Part shown: one piece after another, positions 26,640 to 36,442 of the stretch
Layout: each line of letters opens with the position of its first letter
Numbering within the stretch: the first letter of the stretch is position 1
The notes under the pieces: generated by a model
Told to the model about the DNA's origin: nothing
The model's input: the letters and a program-made list of their open reading frames with translations, nothing else
Databases searched by the model: none
Made by a program: the position numbers and the translations under genes
Source of the DNA: Candidatus Latescibacterota bacterium
Lineage (GTDB): Bacteria > Latescibacterota > UBA2968 > GCA-2709665
Length of the DNA stretch: 64,000 nt
Reading direction: 5' to 3'
Assembly (NCBI GenBank): GCA_963662665.2
Contig: CAXXJS010000050.1
Coordinates: 26,259-90,258, forward strand

Positions 26640-28511
26640 ATGAGATCAACCGAGGTTCTCGCCCACAATTTCCGTCATCACGGACCCGCCACCACCAGCA
26701 GCCACCCCAGGGGTACCGTTGCCGCAGCCGACGGCGACGGCAGGAACGTGGTTCTCGTCTGGCTCTTCGATCACCGTGGCGGATACGCGCTGCTGGTTAT
26801 CGATGCCGCGACCGGCGAAAGCCGGGAGTTCCCGGTACCCTTTCCGCCCGGAGGCGATTGCCCCTATGCCTCCCTCCTCTCCAGCCGAAACCGCTTTTAT
26901 ACGCACTTTAACGGCTATTTTGTGGAGTTCGACGTCAACGCACTGGAATACACGTTTTGCCACCAAACCGCTCCCCGCATGGCCATGGGAATGACCGAAG
27001 ACGACAGGGGAGTGATCTGGTCTTCTACTTTCCCGCAAAGCGGGCTTGTGTCCTACAATTCGGAAAACGGCGATTTCAGAGATTACGGACACCTGTACGA
27101 CCAGAACTGGCGGCAGTATCCCACCACCCTCGCCGCCGACGACGCAGGCTGGGTCTACTTTGGCATCGGCACGACCCTTTGCCAGGTTATCGCGTTTGAC
27201 CCGGAAGGCGAATCGGCCGCGCCACTGCTGGCGGAGCACGAACGCTCCCGAGGGAGCGCGTCCGTTTACCGGGACCTCAACGGGAGAGTCTACGCACTTC
27301 CGCCAACCGGAACCCCGTGGCCCGGGGACAACCCGGAGGCAGAATCCTGGTACGAACTCCACTGGGGTGAACGTAAGGTGGTGCCCAGGCGAAAAAGGCG
27401 TGAAAAACCCTATATCTTCGGAGATTCCGGACACGTCCATCCGGATTTCCCCGACGGGAGCAAGCTCCTGCAATGCTGTCTTTTCGAACGCGTCCTTTCG
27501 GTGGAAGGCCCTGATGGCGAGCAATCGACCGGTATGTCGTTCAACTACACGAGTGAAGGCGCGCACATCATGGGCGTTGCCGCGTCGCCCGACCGGAGCA
27601 TCTGCGGGGGCACGTTTTTTCCGAGGCGCACGTTCAGCTATCGCCCGGAAACCGATACGTGGATCGAACGGGAAAGTTTCGGCCAGTGGAATACCGTGGG
27701 CCGCCAGGGGGACCGTTTCTTTGTTGGCGGGTACGGAAGTGGTTCCCTGCTGGAATGGGACCCGTTCAAACCGTGGGTGACAACCGAAAAGGAGAATCCG
27801 GCTTCGAATCCCTTCTTCCACAGAATCTGCACACCCACCCTGCATCGCCCGCACAAACTGCTTGTCCACCCCGACGGAAAGACGCTGGTGGTGGGCGGGA
27901 CCCCGGGTTATGGCTATACGGGCGGCGGTCTGCTTATCTGGAACTGCGAAGGGCAAACCGGGACCCTGCTGGAACATACCGACCTGTTGCCGGATCACTC
28001 CACCGCAAGCCTCGCGGCCCTTCCCTGCAGGAAGCTCCTGGGCGGCACGACGACCAGCCCGGGGACGGGGGGCGAGCAGAAAGCGACCGAAGCGGAACTC
28101 TACATTCTGGACATGGAAACGAAAAAGCTGGAATGGCGCCAGGTCCTCTTCCCCGGGGCACAGGAATACACGGACCTGTGCGCGGGGCAGGACGGTCAGG
28201 TGTACGGCATTGTTGACCGGACCCGCTTTTTCGTCTTCTGCCCCGAGAGACGCGAAGTCGTTCACCAGGAGGAAACGGAGCTGACTTTCGGGCTGACGGC
28301 GCACCAGCAGGGGCCGCGTGTCTTCGTGACGGCGCCCGACGATACGGTCTACATTCTGTTCGAGAAGGGCATCGCCCGTATCGAAAGCGGCACGAACGCG
28401 ATCAAAATGTGCGCGCCTTCACCGGTGCCCGTCAGCAACGGTGGAGACTATCTCAACGGCCGCATCTATTTCACCAGCGACTCTCATCTTTATAGCTGGG
28501 AAATCCCGTAG
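26640..28511 (+). CDS. hypothetical protein, probably beta-propeller-like
   Basis: Long ORF with coherent coding composition and repetitive G/W/Y/D-rich strand-like segments. Start uncertain (ATG 26640 or 26604). Confidence 0.55.
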   Translation: MRSTEVLAHNFRHHGPATTSSHPRGTVAAADGDGRNVVLVWLFDHRGGYALLVIDAATGESREFPVPFPPGGDCPYASLLSSRNRFYTHFNGYFVEFDVNALEYTFCHQTAPRMAMGMTEDDRGVIWSSTFPQSGLVSYNSENGDFRDYGHLYDQNWRQYPTTLAADDAGWVYFGIGTTLCQVIAFDPEGESAAPLLAEHERSRGSASVYRDLNGRVYALPPTGTPWPGDNPEAESWYELHWGERKVVPRRKRREKPYIFGDSGHVHPDFPDGSKLLQCCLFERVLSVEGPDGEQSTGMSFNYTSEGAHIMGVAASPDRSICGGTFFPRRTFSYRPETDTWIERESFGQWNTVGRQGDRFFVGGYGSGSLLEWDPFKPWVTTEKENPASNPFFHRICTPTLHRPHKLLVHPDGKTLVVGGTPGYGYTGGGLLIWNCEGQTGTLLEHTDLLPDHSTASLAALPCRKLLGGTTTSPGTGGEQKATEAELYILDMETKKLEWRQVLFPGAQEYTDLCAGQDGQVYGIVDRTRFFVFCPERREVVHQEETELTFGLTAHQQGPRVFVTAPDDTVYILFEKGIARIESGTNAIKMCAPSPVPVSNGGDYLNGRIYFTSDSHLYSWEIP

Positions 28512-28527
28512 CAGGAGGCCAACGAGC

Positions 28528-29331
28528 TCAAGGGTTCTGGCCGGAACGCCCCCCCGTGACTGGCCGTCGGATTCGATCGCAGGCCAATGATCGTCCCCGG
28601 TGATTGCATCCAAAGGCCATTGTCTTCCAATTCTCGTAAAACCGTCTTGCGTATTCCCGAAAGAAATCGAGGCGGTCCGTCACGGCCTGCTCGAAACCCG
28701 GCATGGCATCCTCGCCGAGCGTTTCGAGCAGGGCCTCGTGGTAGGCGGGAACGGCGTCCCATTCCTTTATGGTCTCCGCCGTGATTTCTATATGAAACTG
28801 GGCGGAAATCGCGTGACTCCCCATGCTCATCGCCTGGACCGCGCATAACCCGGACGATGCAAGGACCTCCAGTTCACCCGGCACGGTCTTTACCGCGGAG
28901 CTATGCCACTGAAGGCAAGGCAGCGTCGCCGGGAAACCCTTTAGGAATCCACTCTTCTTCCCTGGCTTCGTCAGGGAAATGTCCATCACCCCCACCTCGG
29001 GGATCCGGTTCGGACCGACGTGGCCGCCCAGAGCCGCGGCCAGCAACTGGTGTCCCAGGCAGATGCCCACGAAGGGCATCTTTTTCTCAGCGACCGCGTA
29101 GCGAATGGCGGCTTTCTCCTGCACCAGCCACGGGTACGCCTCCTCCTCCCATACGTCCATCGGGCCGCCCATCGCCCAAAGCGCGTCATAGGCGTCCAGG
29201 TCCGGGATATGCTCGCCCGCGTCCAGTTCCACAACGTCCCACCGGATCCCGTCTTCAGCGAAGAATTCGCGAAAGAGGCCGGGATGTTCGACGTCCAGGT
29301 GTTGAAAAACCAGCAACCGCTCCAGGGCCAT
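28528..29331 (-). CDS. class I glutamine amidotransferase
   Basis: PFVGICLGHQLLAAALGG is the nucleophile elbow GxCxGxQ. The layout is GMP-synthase-like GATase1. Confidence 0.85.
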   Translation of the reverse strand: MALERLLVFQHLDVEHPGLFREFFAEDGIRWDVVELDAGEHIPDLDAYDALWAMGGPMDVWEEEAYPWLVQEKAAIRYAVAEKKMPFVGICLGHQLLAAALGGHVGPNRIPEVGVMDISLTKPGKKSGFLKGFPATLPCLQWHSSAVKTVPGELEVLASSGLCAVQAMSMGSHAISAQFHIEITAETIKEWDAVPAYHEALLETLGEDAMPGFEQAVTDRLDFFREYARRFYENWKTMAFGCNHRGRSLACDRIRRPVTGGRSGQNP

Positions 29332-29506
29332 GACGTTCTCCCGGATTTTCCTTCTGGATTCCGGTCTGCGAATTCAATATCTTGGAGCTGGGACCTGCGC
29401 CGACCGTTTGACAATCCTTCGAAGAGCTCAGGACAAGGCTAAGGGACCGCGGGCAAGGGTCACGAACCGGGTACGGCACCGTTGAATGTCACACGTGAGT
29501 GACAGA

Positions 29507-30220
29507 ATGAATCTATTGCGAAAATGCGGAGCGGAATTCCTGGGCGCGTTCGCCATCGTGCTGGGCGGTTGCGGCGCCGTTGCCGTCAACCAGATCAGCG
29601 GCGGGGCAGTCTCTCACGTGGGTATTGCCACGTCGTTCGGGCTCATTGTGATGACGATGGTTTACGCCACCGGCCACATCTCCGGGGCGCACTTCAATCC
29701 CGCCGTTACGATCGCCTTCTCCTTTACGCGACACTTTCCCAAACGGGAGATCGCGCCGTACATTGCCGCCCAATGCATGGGCGCCGTCCTGGCCAGCTGC
29801 ATCCACCTCGTCACCCTGTCTCCCGTCCTGAATGCCAGCCTTCCCGGACAGGAACTCGATCTGGGTGTCACCCAGCCTCTGGACGGCGCGTGGACCACGG
29901 CCTTCGTATGGGAGTTCCTGCTCGCCTTCCTGCTGATGGTTGTAATTATGGCGGTTGCCACGGACTACCGCGCTACAGGTCAGGCCGCCGGCCTTGCGAT
30001 CGGCGGCACGATCTGGTTCGAAGCCATGTTCGCCGGCCCCGTTTGCGGGGCATCCATGAATCCCGCTCGCAGCCTGGGCCCGGCCCTTGTTTCCGGCAAC
30101 TGGCTGCATTTTTCAGCCTATGCGGCGGGTCCTGTGCTTGGCGCGTTTGCCGGCGCGCTTTACTACGAATTTATCAGGTGCCATCGGGACGGGGGGGCGG
30201 AAGTCAAGGGCTGCTGCTAA
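29507..30220 (+). CDS. MIP/aquaporin family channel (NIP-like)
   Basis: Two NPA boxes (SGAHFNPAVT, GASMNPARS) and six TM segments. ATG 29486 is an alternative start. Confidence 0.85.
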   Translation: MNLLRKCGAEFLGAFAIVLGGCGAVAVNQISGGAVSHVGIATSFGLIVMTMVYATGHISGAHFNPAVTIAFSFTRHFPKREIAPYIAAQCMGAVLASCIHLVTLSPVLNASLPGQELDLGVTQPLDGAWTTAFVWEFLLAFLLMVVIMAVATDYRATGQAAGLAIGGTIWFEAMFAGPVCGASMNPARSLGPALVSGNWLHFSAYAAGPVLGAFAGALYYEFIRCHRDGGAEVKGCC

Positions 30221-30233
30221 CCTTGATTCGCAA

Positions 30234-30989
30234 GTGCGCCGTGAAAAGGCGCGGAACTTCAGTGGGTGAGAGTCCCACCCGACAGATGTTGCCACAGTCG
30301 GAAGCAATCGGAGCGGAGACGTAGGTAACGACATCTCCGAAGCCTCCGGTGTAGAGGGTCGCCAGGCGACTCGGCGAGTATGTGGGCTGAAACGTGAGTA
30401 AACGCTGAGCAGGCCTCGAAAAGGGTAATGCGGGAGCCGACCCGGCTTGCGAACGGGGAAGGCCGCCGTCGTTGGGGAAGCAGGCAACGAGAGCACCCAA
30501 CGGTCCCGCCGGGGTAATGGCGGAGGCACGCATACAAGGAGATCCGACGCAACACGGGAAGCCCCAGCGGTGGTGGAGAGCCACCAACCGGAAGCCCGTG
30601 AGGGCCAGGCCGGGCCGTATGGGGTGGCGGACAGGCTCGTAGTACCTGTGATGCCGGGTAACGCCGGCGGAGGAAAGGGGCCTGACTTCGGATGTGCTTG
30701 TGAAGGGGACAACTGTCGGGAGAGTGGCGCAAGCCTATAACCTCCTCCAGAATAAGACGAGGCGACTCCAGATCAAGCTAAGGTTTCAGGTGAAGCTGTC
30801 CGGGCAGATCGGGCAGTGTGTACCTGAAGGCGATGTCCGTCGGAGAGCCGGATGCGGTAACTCCGCACGTCCGGTTCGACGAGCGGGATGTGGAAACGGA
30901 GCAGGGAGGGGCTATTGAGGCACCGCCAGACGAAAGGGGCGGGAACAGACAGGCCACTCCTAAACCACCGCGCCACATCTCGACTCTAC
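30234..30989 (+). mobile_element. ORF-less group II intron (756 nt)
   Basis: 5' GUGCG; near-consensus domain V at 30845-30877; DVI helix with a bulged A at 30983, 7 nt from the ...UAC 3' end; EBS1 UUGCGA (30447-30452) is complementary to the 5' exon UCGCAA (30228-30233); an intron-free paralogous site lies at 54941-55140. Confidence 0.8.
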
Positions 30990-31172
30990 TTCTTCGGGGA
31001 AGTAAAACCGAATATTTGCAAGTAGATAAAGGCGATTTAACTTCTGATTACCAGGATACACCAGGTCACTGGACGTGGACTGAAAAAACGTCCTTTTTGA
31101 CGACCGTTACGGCCAGCTTCAAGGGTTTTCGTCGCGTTGCCGAGTTGCTGTTTTTTTCACATTGAGGCTAAT
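30990..31172 (+). repeat. 200-nt repeat, copy 1 (3' part; the 5' 17 nt are 30217-30233, split by the intron)
   Basis: About 91% identical and gap-free against 54941-55140 once 30234-30989 is removed. Confidence 0.9.
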
Positions 31173-31455
31173 GCCTGCCTGTGCGTCACTCGATCCTGAC
31201 AGCCCGTTGAAAAAGTCCATCCGGTCTGCGTCCGGCCCTTGCGGCCGAATGACTGAGTTGCGCCCCCTCCCCGAATCCCCGATTCGACGCGGTCGCGCGC
31301 CTTGTCTTCGGCCACAATGACTCGGCCTCGCCTGCAGAGCGACTCTTTCAACGGACTGCTAAGTGAAACCTGCCGGCAAACCCACTTTTCGCCCCGGAAC
31401 CCGTCCTTTGAAAGCGCAGCCTGCCGTAGTCTGCCTCTCTTTGCTGTGCGCCGGT

Positions 31456-32292
31456 TTATATCACCAGCGCGACCGCCAGAATGGCCAGCGCCACCCCGGC
31501 CGCGGCGACCCGATTGAGGCGTTCCTTCCAGAAGAAATGGGCGGACAGGTTGTCGAGCAGGATCACACTGCAACCCGTTGCAGGAAAAAAGAGAGTGCCC
31601 GGCAGCCGACTGAGGGCAGTCAAAATGACGGACAGCGCCAGGGCGTTGTACGTGCCCAGGCCGATACCCGTTGCGAGTTCGTGCCGCCGGGGGCAACGCA
31701 TTTTTCCCGCAACGAAGATATAGCCAATGGTACCCGCGGTGGCGCCCATTACCACCAGGACCTGGATGAATTCCCCGTCGAGTCCGGCATAGTGGACCGA
31801 ACGCAGGCAGGAGTGACTCAGTCCCTGCGCAAGAAAAACCGCGAACAACAGGCCGAAGGTGTTGCCTCCCGTCGCGCGGACACTTCCCCTCGCGCCCGAG
31901 GTCATCATCACCAGCGCGGGAAAGGCAAGGATGATTCCACCAAATTGTGAGAGTACGACCGGTTCCCGCCAGAGCCAGATTCCCAGGGCAACGGGCACCG
32001 CAATGGACATGCGAAACGCCGTCAGCACGGCCCCGACCGATGCGATTTCCAGGACTCGCATCATCAACGACATCGAACCGATGAATACGGCGCCCGTCAT
32101 CAGGCCGGTTTGCACCGCCGCGGCGGAGAAGGTAAACCGACCCGTTGACAGGAGATAGACGGAAAGGACAGCGCAGAGCACCAGATAGTTCGTAGAGACG
32201 ACAACGGGCGCGTAATAGCCGCGTCGCTGGGAGAATTTGCAAATCTGGACGAATCCGAAATCGAGTAGAATTGCGAATATCAACCAGGACAC
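31456..32292 (-). CDS. DMT/EamA-like membrane transporter
   Basis: About 10 hydrophobic helices. Start proposed at GTG 32292 (VSWLIFAILLDFG), preceded by GAGGCG. The upstream part of ORF 31456..32469 is non-membrane junk. Confidence 0.65.
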   Translation of the reverse strand: MSWLIFAILLDFGFVQICKFSQRRGYYAPVVVSTNYLVLCAVLSVYLLSTGRFTFSAAAVQTGLMTGAVFIGSMSLMMRVLEIASVGAVLTAFRMSIAVPVALGIWLWREPVVLSQFGGIILAFPALVMMTSGARGSVRATGGNTFGLLFAVFLAQGLSHSCLRSVHYAGLDGEFIQVLVVMGATAGTIGYIFVAGKMRCPRRHELATGIGLGTYNALALSVILTALSRLPGTLFFPATGCSVILLDNLSAHFFWKERLNRVAAAGVALAILAVALVI

Positions 32293-32413
32293 TGAAGGCG
32301 CCTCATCCGTCCGTTTCGGCCGATCACATTGGGCCTGTACAGAAATTTCGCGTTTGAGGAATACTGCGCGTGTGAAGGGAATGCCCCTTGCGGCAGCGCC
32401 ACGGGAAAGGGCA

Positions 32414-33187
32414 TTATTCTGCCCATGCCTCCCGGATCCACGGCAGGGCCGCCCGCAATGGCGCAACAAACAATTGTGTCTCGTAATGTGTCAGATTCTG
32501 GACGACGATCAGCTCAATCTGCACGTCCCCTTCTTTCAGCGTCCGCACGGTCGTTTCGACCGGTTCGAACGGAACCACCTCATCGACAACGCTGTGGATC
32601 ACCAGCAGCGGAACCTGCCAATCGACCTCGGCCACATTCTCCTCCGGTCTCGCCGATATGGGAATAGCCGCCCGGAACAGATTCGGGTGTCGCGCCGCCA
32701 TATACCAGGCGCCCCGACCGCCCATGCTGAAACCCGTTACAAGCGTCCTTTTTTCGTCGATCGCGTAGTTGGCCTTAATTGCCACGATCAGATCCAGCAA
32801 TTGCTTCTCGCTCTCCGCGTTGTCCCAGCCCTGCGCCGTTGCTTCGGGCGCCAGGATAATCGCCCCCAGGTCTTCGAGGGCCGGCTGAACCAGGACCTCC
32901 AGCATAGAGCGACCGTAATAGGGCACAACCACACCGCCGTAATGCAGCGATAGAATCAGTGGCGTGGGTTGTCCGGCGTTGTATCCGGACGGGATGAGAA
33001 CGGTGTACCGCTGGCCTCCGGGCGAGAGGACTCTGTTATGTATGCCGGGTGCCTGTGGCATGCCGGCCTCTCCGGACCCGGCCGGCTCGTCGGAACCGCA
33101 GGCTGCCACCACGGCAGCAAGCACTCCTGCCAGCAACCAATGGCCGGCGGGCGATTTTTTCCTTAACTCCTGGCGTGAGTTTATCAT
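32414..33187 (-). CDS. alpha/beta hydrolase lipoprotein (esterase/peptidase S9-like)
   Basis: Lipobox LAAVVAACGSD and nucleophile elbow GFSMGG. GAGGAAG RBS before ATG 33187. Confidence 0.8.
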   Translation of the reverse strand: MINSRQELRKKSPAGHWLLAGVLAAVVAACGSDEPAGSGEAGMPQAPGIHNRVLSPGGQRYTVLIPSGYNAGQPTPLILSLHYGGVVVPYYGRSMLEVLVQPALEDLGAIILAPEATAQGWDNAESEKQLLDLIVAIKANYAIDEKRTLVTGFSMGGRGAWYMAARHPNLFRAAIPISARPEENVAEVDWQVPLLVIHSVVDEVVPFEPVETTVRTLKEGDVQIELIVVQNLTHYETQLFVAPLRAALPWIREAWAE

Positions 33188-33281
33188 ATCTTCCTCGTTG
33201 GCGTCTCCGGGCACGATCCCGATCTGACTGAATATACGGTATCAGCGACGCACAACAAAACAGGTTAATTAAGGACGTTTC

Positions 33282-34904
33282 ATGACAGGCGCCGACATTC
33301 TGATTCAAAACCTCAAGGCCCAGAACGTCCGCTGTATCGTGGGCATGCCGGGGAACCAGAACATCGACATTTACGACGCTCTCTTGCGGGCCGGCGGGAT
33401 AGACCACTATCTGATCAGAAACGAACAGGGCGCAACGCTTGTCGCCAACGGATATGCCCGCGCGTCGGGCGACGTGGGGGTTGCGCTCACCGTTCCCGGC
33501 CCCGGCGCCACCAATGCTTCCACGGGGATCGTAGACGCCCACACGGACTGCGTTCCCGTCCTGCTGATCACCGGCGGCACCGAAGTGGCGTTTAACGGAC
33601 GGGACCGGAGCAAGTGCTTTCACGGCCTGGACCAGGCCGCTTTCTTCGCGCCGATCACCCGCTTCTTCGCCCGCCCGGAACGCCTCGACGACATCCCCGA
33701 AGCCGTTACGGGCGCCTTCTCCGCTCTGCGCGCGCCCAGACCGGGGCCGGCGGTGATCGAACTGCCCGTGGACGTTGCCGCCGCGGAAGGCCAGGCCGGC
33801 ATCGCCGAATACGTTAAAGGGATGCGGCCCCCGCCCAACCCGGCCGACCTCCGTCGCGTCGCCGAAGCGATCGCCCGCATGGAACGGCCGGCCATCCTCA
33901 CTGGCGGCAATACGGCCGATGCGAACGCGGCCGGTGAACTTCGGGCATTTTCCGAAGCTCTCAATGCCCCCGTACTCTTCAGCCGGCTCGGCAAGGGCGC
34001 CTTTCCCGATTCCCATCCGCTGTCCGCCGGCCACTGCCGCGCCGGGCTGGCTCAACGCGTCCTTCAACAGGCCGACGGGCTGATTGCCGTGGGCTGCCGA
34101 TTCACACAGATCGACACCTCCGGATGGACCATGGAACTGCCGTCCGCGCGCGTGCAACTCGATCCCGACCCGGCCGAACTGGGCCGTGAAATCCCCACAG
34201 ACGCGGGCGCTGCAGGGGACCTGAAGCAGATGCTGCCCACGCTCCTGGATGCGTTGAACGTGACGGGAAGACCGGCCAATAACTGGATCGAAATGCTGCA
34301 TCGATCACGGCGCGAGATCGCCCGTTCCCGCAGGCCGTTGCCGATCATGTCGGCAATGAGAGACAGTCTGGAACCGGACGCGATCGTGTCCGTGGACGTG
34401 ACCTCCATCGGCTACAGGTCATTCGACGAATTCCCCGTGGATCATCCGCGTTGCTTTATGTACCCCTGCCATTCGGTCACGCTGGGTTTCGCGGCGCCGG
34501 CCGCGATAGGCGCGAAACTCGCACAGCCGCACCGGCAGGTGGCCGCGTTCTGCGGCGACGGCGGATTTCAGATGACCGCGTTCGAACTGGCTACCGCCGC
34601 CGAACATGGTATTGAAATCATCTGTGTGGTCATCAACGACGGCAGCCTGAGCGCGATCAGGGGCGCCCAAGCCAAGGCTTTCAACGGCCGGATCATCGAC
34701 ACGGACATGCAAACGCCCAGAATCGCCGATCTCGCCCGATCCATGGGCGCCCGGGGCATCCGCGTGGATGAACCCGATCGCTTCCCCGCCGTTTTCGCCG
34801 ACGTGATCGGTCTTGAAGGTCCTACCGTTATCGAAGTCGTGATGCAGGAACAGCGCGATAGCCTCATCCGGCAGGTGCCGTGGTTGTATCCGGACCAGAC
34901 GTAG
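33282..34904 (+). CDS. thiamine diphosphate-dependent enzyme (acetolactate synthase large-subunit-like)
   Basis: N-terminal Pyr domain (GMPGNQNIDIYDAL..NEQGA) and a C-terminal ThDP motif (GDGGFQMT...NDGSL). Confidence 0.85.
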   Translation: MTGADILIQNLKAQNVRCIVGMPGNQNIDIYDALLRAGGIDHYLIRNEQGATLVANGYARASGDVGVALTVPGPGATNASTGIVDAHTDCVPVLLITGGTEVAFNGRDRSKCFHGLDQAAFFAPITRFFARPERLDDIPEAVTGAFSALRAPRPGPAVIELPVDVAAAEGQAGIAEYVKGMRPPPNPADLRRVAEAIARMERPAILTGGNTADANAAGELRAFSEALNAPVLFSRLGKGAFPDSHPLSAGHCRAGLAQRVLQQADGLIAVGCRFTQIDTSGWTMELPSARVQLDPDPAELGREIPTDAGAAGDLKQMLPTLLDALNVTGRPANNWIEMLHRSRREIARSRRPLPIMSAMRDSLEPDAIVSVDVTSIGYRSFDEFPVDHPRCFMYPCHSVTLGFAAPAAIGAKLAQPHRQVAAFCGDGGFQMTAFELATAAEHGIEIICVVINDGSLSAIRGAQAKAFNGRIIDTDMQTPRIADLARSMGARGIRVDEPDRFPAVFADVIGLEGPTVIEVVMQEQRDSLIRQVPWLYPDQT

Positions 34905-34933
34905 CGATCCTGATTGCGAGAAAGCGAGGCCCG

Positions 34934-36067
34934 ATGAAAATTACAGAGGTTAAAACCTTTCCGGTCTTCTACGGTACACGAAACTACCTTTTCGTCAAGA
35001 TTGAAACCGATGAGGGTATCTACGGCGTAGGTGAATTCGGGATCACTTGGAAGGAGCAGGCCGGCGTTGGCGCCATACGGCACATGGCCTCCGACCTCGT
35101 GGGCCGCGACCCACTTAACATAGAACAGATATGGCAGGTCCTGTTCAGAGGCGATTTCTTCCCGGGCGGGCGCATTCATATGGCCGCGCAGAGCGCAATC
35201 GACGTCGCCCTGTGGGACATCAAGGGTAAAGCCCTGGACCAGCCCGTCTACATGCTGTTGGGGGGCAGACTCCGCGATCGTGTGGTCTGTTATACCGGTA
35301 TTGGAGGCGGGACGCCCGATGAGTCGGCCCGATCCGCGAAGGAACGTGTCTCCGAAGGATGGAAATACCTCCGCATGTCGGTCCTCGATCGTGACGGCAT
35401 CCTTGAACCCTCAACGGCCGTGCGGGATTCGGTAACGCATTTCGCCGCTGTTCGCGAAGCCGTCGGCCCGGAAGTCGAAATCTGCATCGACGTCCATACC
35501 CGGCTGGACCCGCCCGACACCATCCGCCTGGGCCGCAAACTGGAACCGTACGATCCGTTTTTTATCGAGGATCCTCTGCGATGTGAAAACGCGCAGACCT
35601 ACCGGCTTGTCCGCAGCCACGTGAACTGTCCGCTTGCCGTGGGGGAACACTACGCCAACAAGTGGGAATTCCGCCAGCTCATCGAGGAAGAACTGGCCGA
35701 CTACGCGCGCATCGACCTCTGTATTGTCGGCGGTCTCACCGAGGCTCGAAAGGTGGCGAACTGGTGCGAGACCCACTACATCAAGATCGTTCCCCACAAT
35801 CCGCTCGGGCCGGTTTCGGCGGCCGCGTGTCTTCATCTGGACGTTGCCACGGACAACTTTGCCGTGCAGGAAGGCGGTCTGGTTGGCCGCACCGTGATGG
35901 AGGACCTGTTCCCCGTTCAGGTGCCGTACGAATCCGGTTACCTGCTGGCGCCGGACCGCCCCGGGCTCGGGGTTGAATTCGACGAAGCCGCGGCCGGAAA
36001 ATATCCGTTCCGGTGGGGGCACGGTCCGCGCCTTCAGCGGGAAGACGGGTCGTTCACGAACTGGTAA
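34934..36067 (+). CDS. enolase-superfamily dehydratase (D-galactonate/mannonate dehydratase-like)
   Basis: MKITEVKTFPV..FVKIETDEGIYGVGE..ALWDIKGKALDQPVYMLLGG is typical of the galactonate dehydratase subgroup. Confidence 0.85.
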   Translation: MKITEVKTFPVFYGTRNYLFVKIETDEGIYGVGEFGITWKEQAGVGAIRHMASDLVGRDPLNIEQIWQVLFRGDFFPGGRIHMAAQSAIDVALWDIKGKALDQPVYMLLGGRLRDRVVCYTGIGGGTPDESARSAKERVSEGWKYLRMSVLDRDGILEPSTAVRDSVTHFAAVREAVGPEVEICIDVHTRLDPPDTIRLGRKLEPYDPFFIEDPLRCENAQTYRLVRSHVNCPLAVGEHYANKWEFRQLIEEELADYARIDLCIVGGLTEARKVANWCETHYIKIVPHNPLGPVSAAACLHLDVATDNFAVQEGGLVGRTVMEDLFPVQVPYESGYLLAPDRPGLGVEFDEAAAGKYPFRWGHGPRLQREDGSFTNW

Positions 36068-36295
36068 GCACGCGAATCGAAGCAGGCCGTACGGGGGAGG
36101 GGGAATGAGACATGGAGGAGACACCCGACTGAAGGGTCGATCGAAGACATTGCGAAATCGTTCGGGAATCGTCACCTGATCGCCACGACGACGAAACACC
36201 CGGGCATTACCATTATAGCGACCATAGAGTCACTCCTCCCATGGAAAGCGCCGTGACAGACCCGCCGCCGCTCCCCATATTTACCTGGGATAGCT

Positions 36296-36339
36296 AAAAA
36301 AGAAGGGTTACGCCATTATAGCGTAACCCTCTGTTTTTT
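36296..36339. terminator. bidirectional Rho-independent terminator
   Basis: AAAAAAGA-AGGGTTACGC-CATTATA-GCGTAACCCT-CTGTTTTTT: a 10-bp stem flanked by an A-tract and a T-tract. Confidence 0.8.
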
Positions 36340-36425
36340 GGTGCCGAAGCCGAGACTCGAACTCGGACGGGCATGCGCCCACTGCGCCCTCAACACAGCG
36401 TGTCTACCATTTCCACCACTTCGGC
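36339..36425 (-). tRNA. tRNA-Leu (GAG anticodon), CCA encoded
   Basis: The reverse complement reads GCCGAAGTGGTGGAAATGGTAGACACGCTGTGTTGAGGGCGCAGTGGGCGCATGCCCGTCCGAGTTCGAGTCTCGGCTTCGGCACCA. It has a long variable arm and anticodon loop TTGAGGG. Confidence 0.9.
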
Positions 36426-36442
36426 ATCAAAGAACCGACCCT

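Noticed and set aside
30113-30740. ORFs inside the intron (30113..30712-, 30259..30732-, 30447..30740+) as a possible intron-encoded protein.
   Set aside because: They have no reverse-transcriptase blocks (no YADD-type motif) and no maturase or HNH features, and they are compositionally biased. The region is better explained as structured intron RNA (DI-DIII).
30990-31165. A peptide encoded by the 200-nt repeat (ORF 30818..31165 tail: ..LQVDKGDLTSDYQDTPGHWTWTEKTSFLTTV..).
   Set aside because: In copy 2 the same frame has ATG for TTG but hits TGA where copy 1 has TGG. About 4 of 15 substitutions are synonymous, roughly the neutral expectation. Substitutions spare RNA stems instead, so it is not treated as coding.
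31157-32242. 361-aa minus-strand ORF overlapping the DMT transporter gene.
   Set aside because: It is in a different frame from the clearly membrane-like ORF 31456..32469, its translation is Arg/Gly-rich, and its end lies inside the 200-nt repeat.
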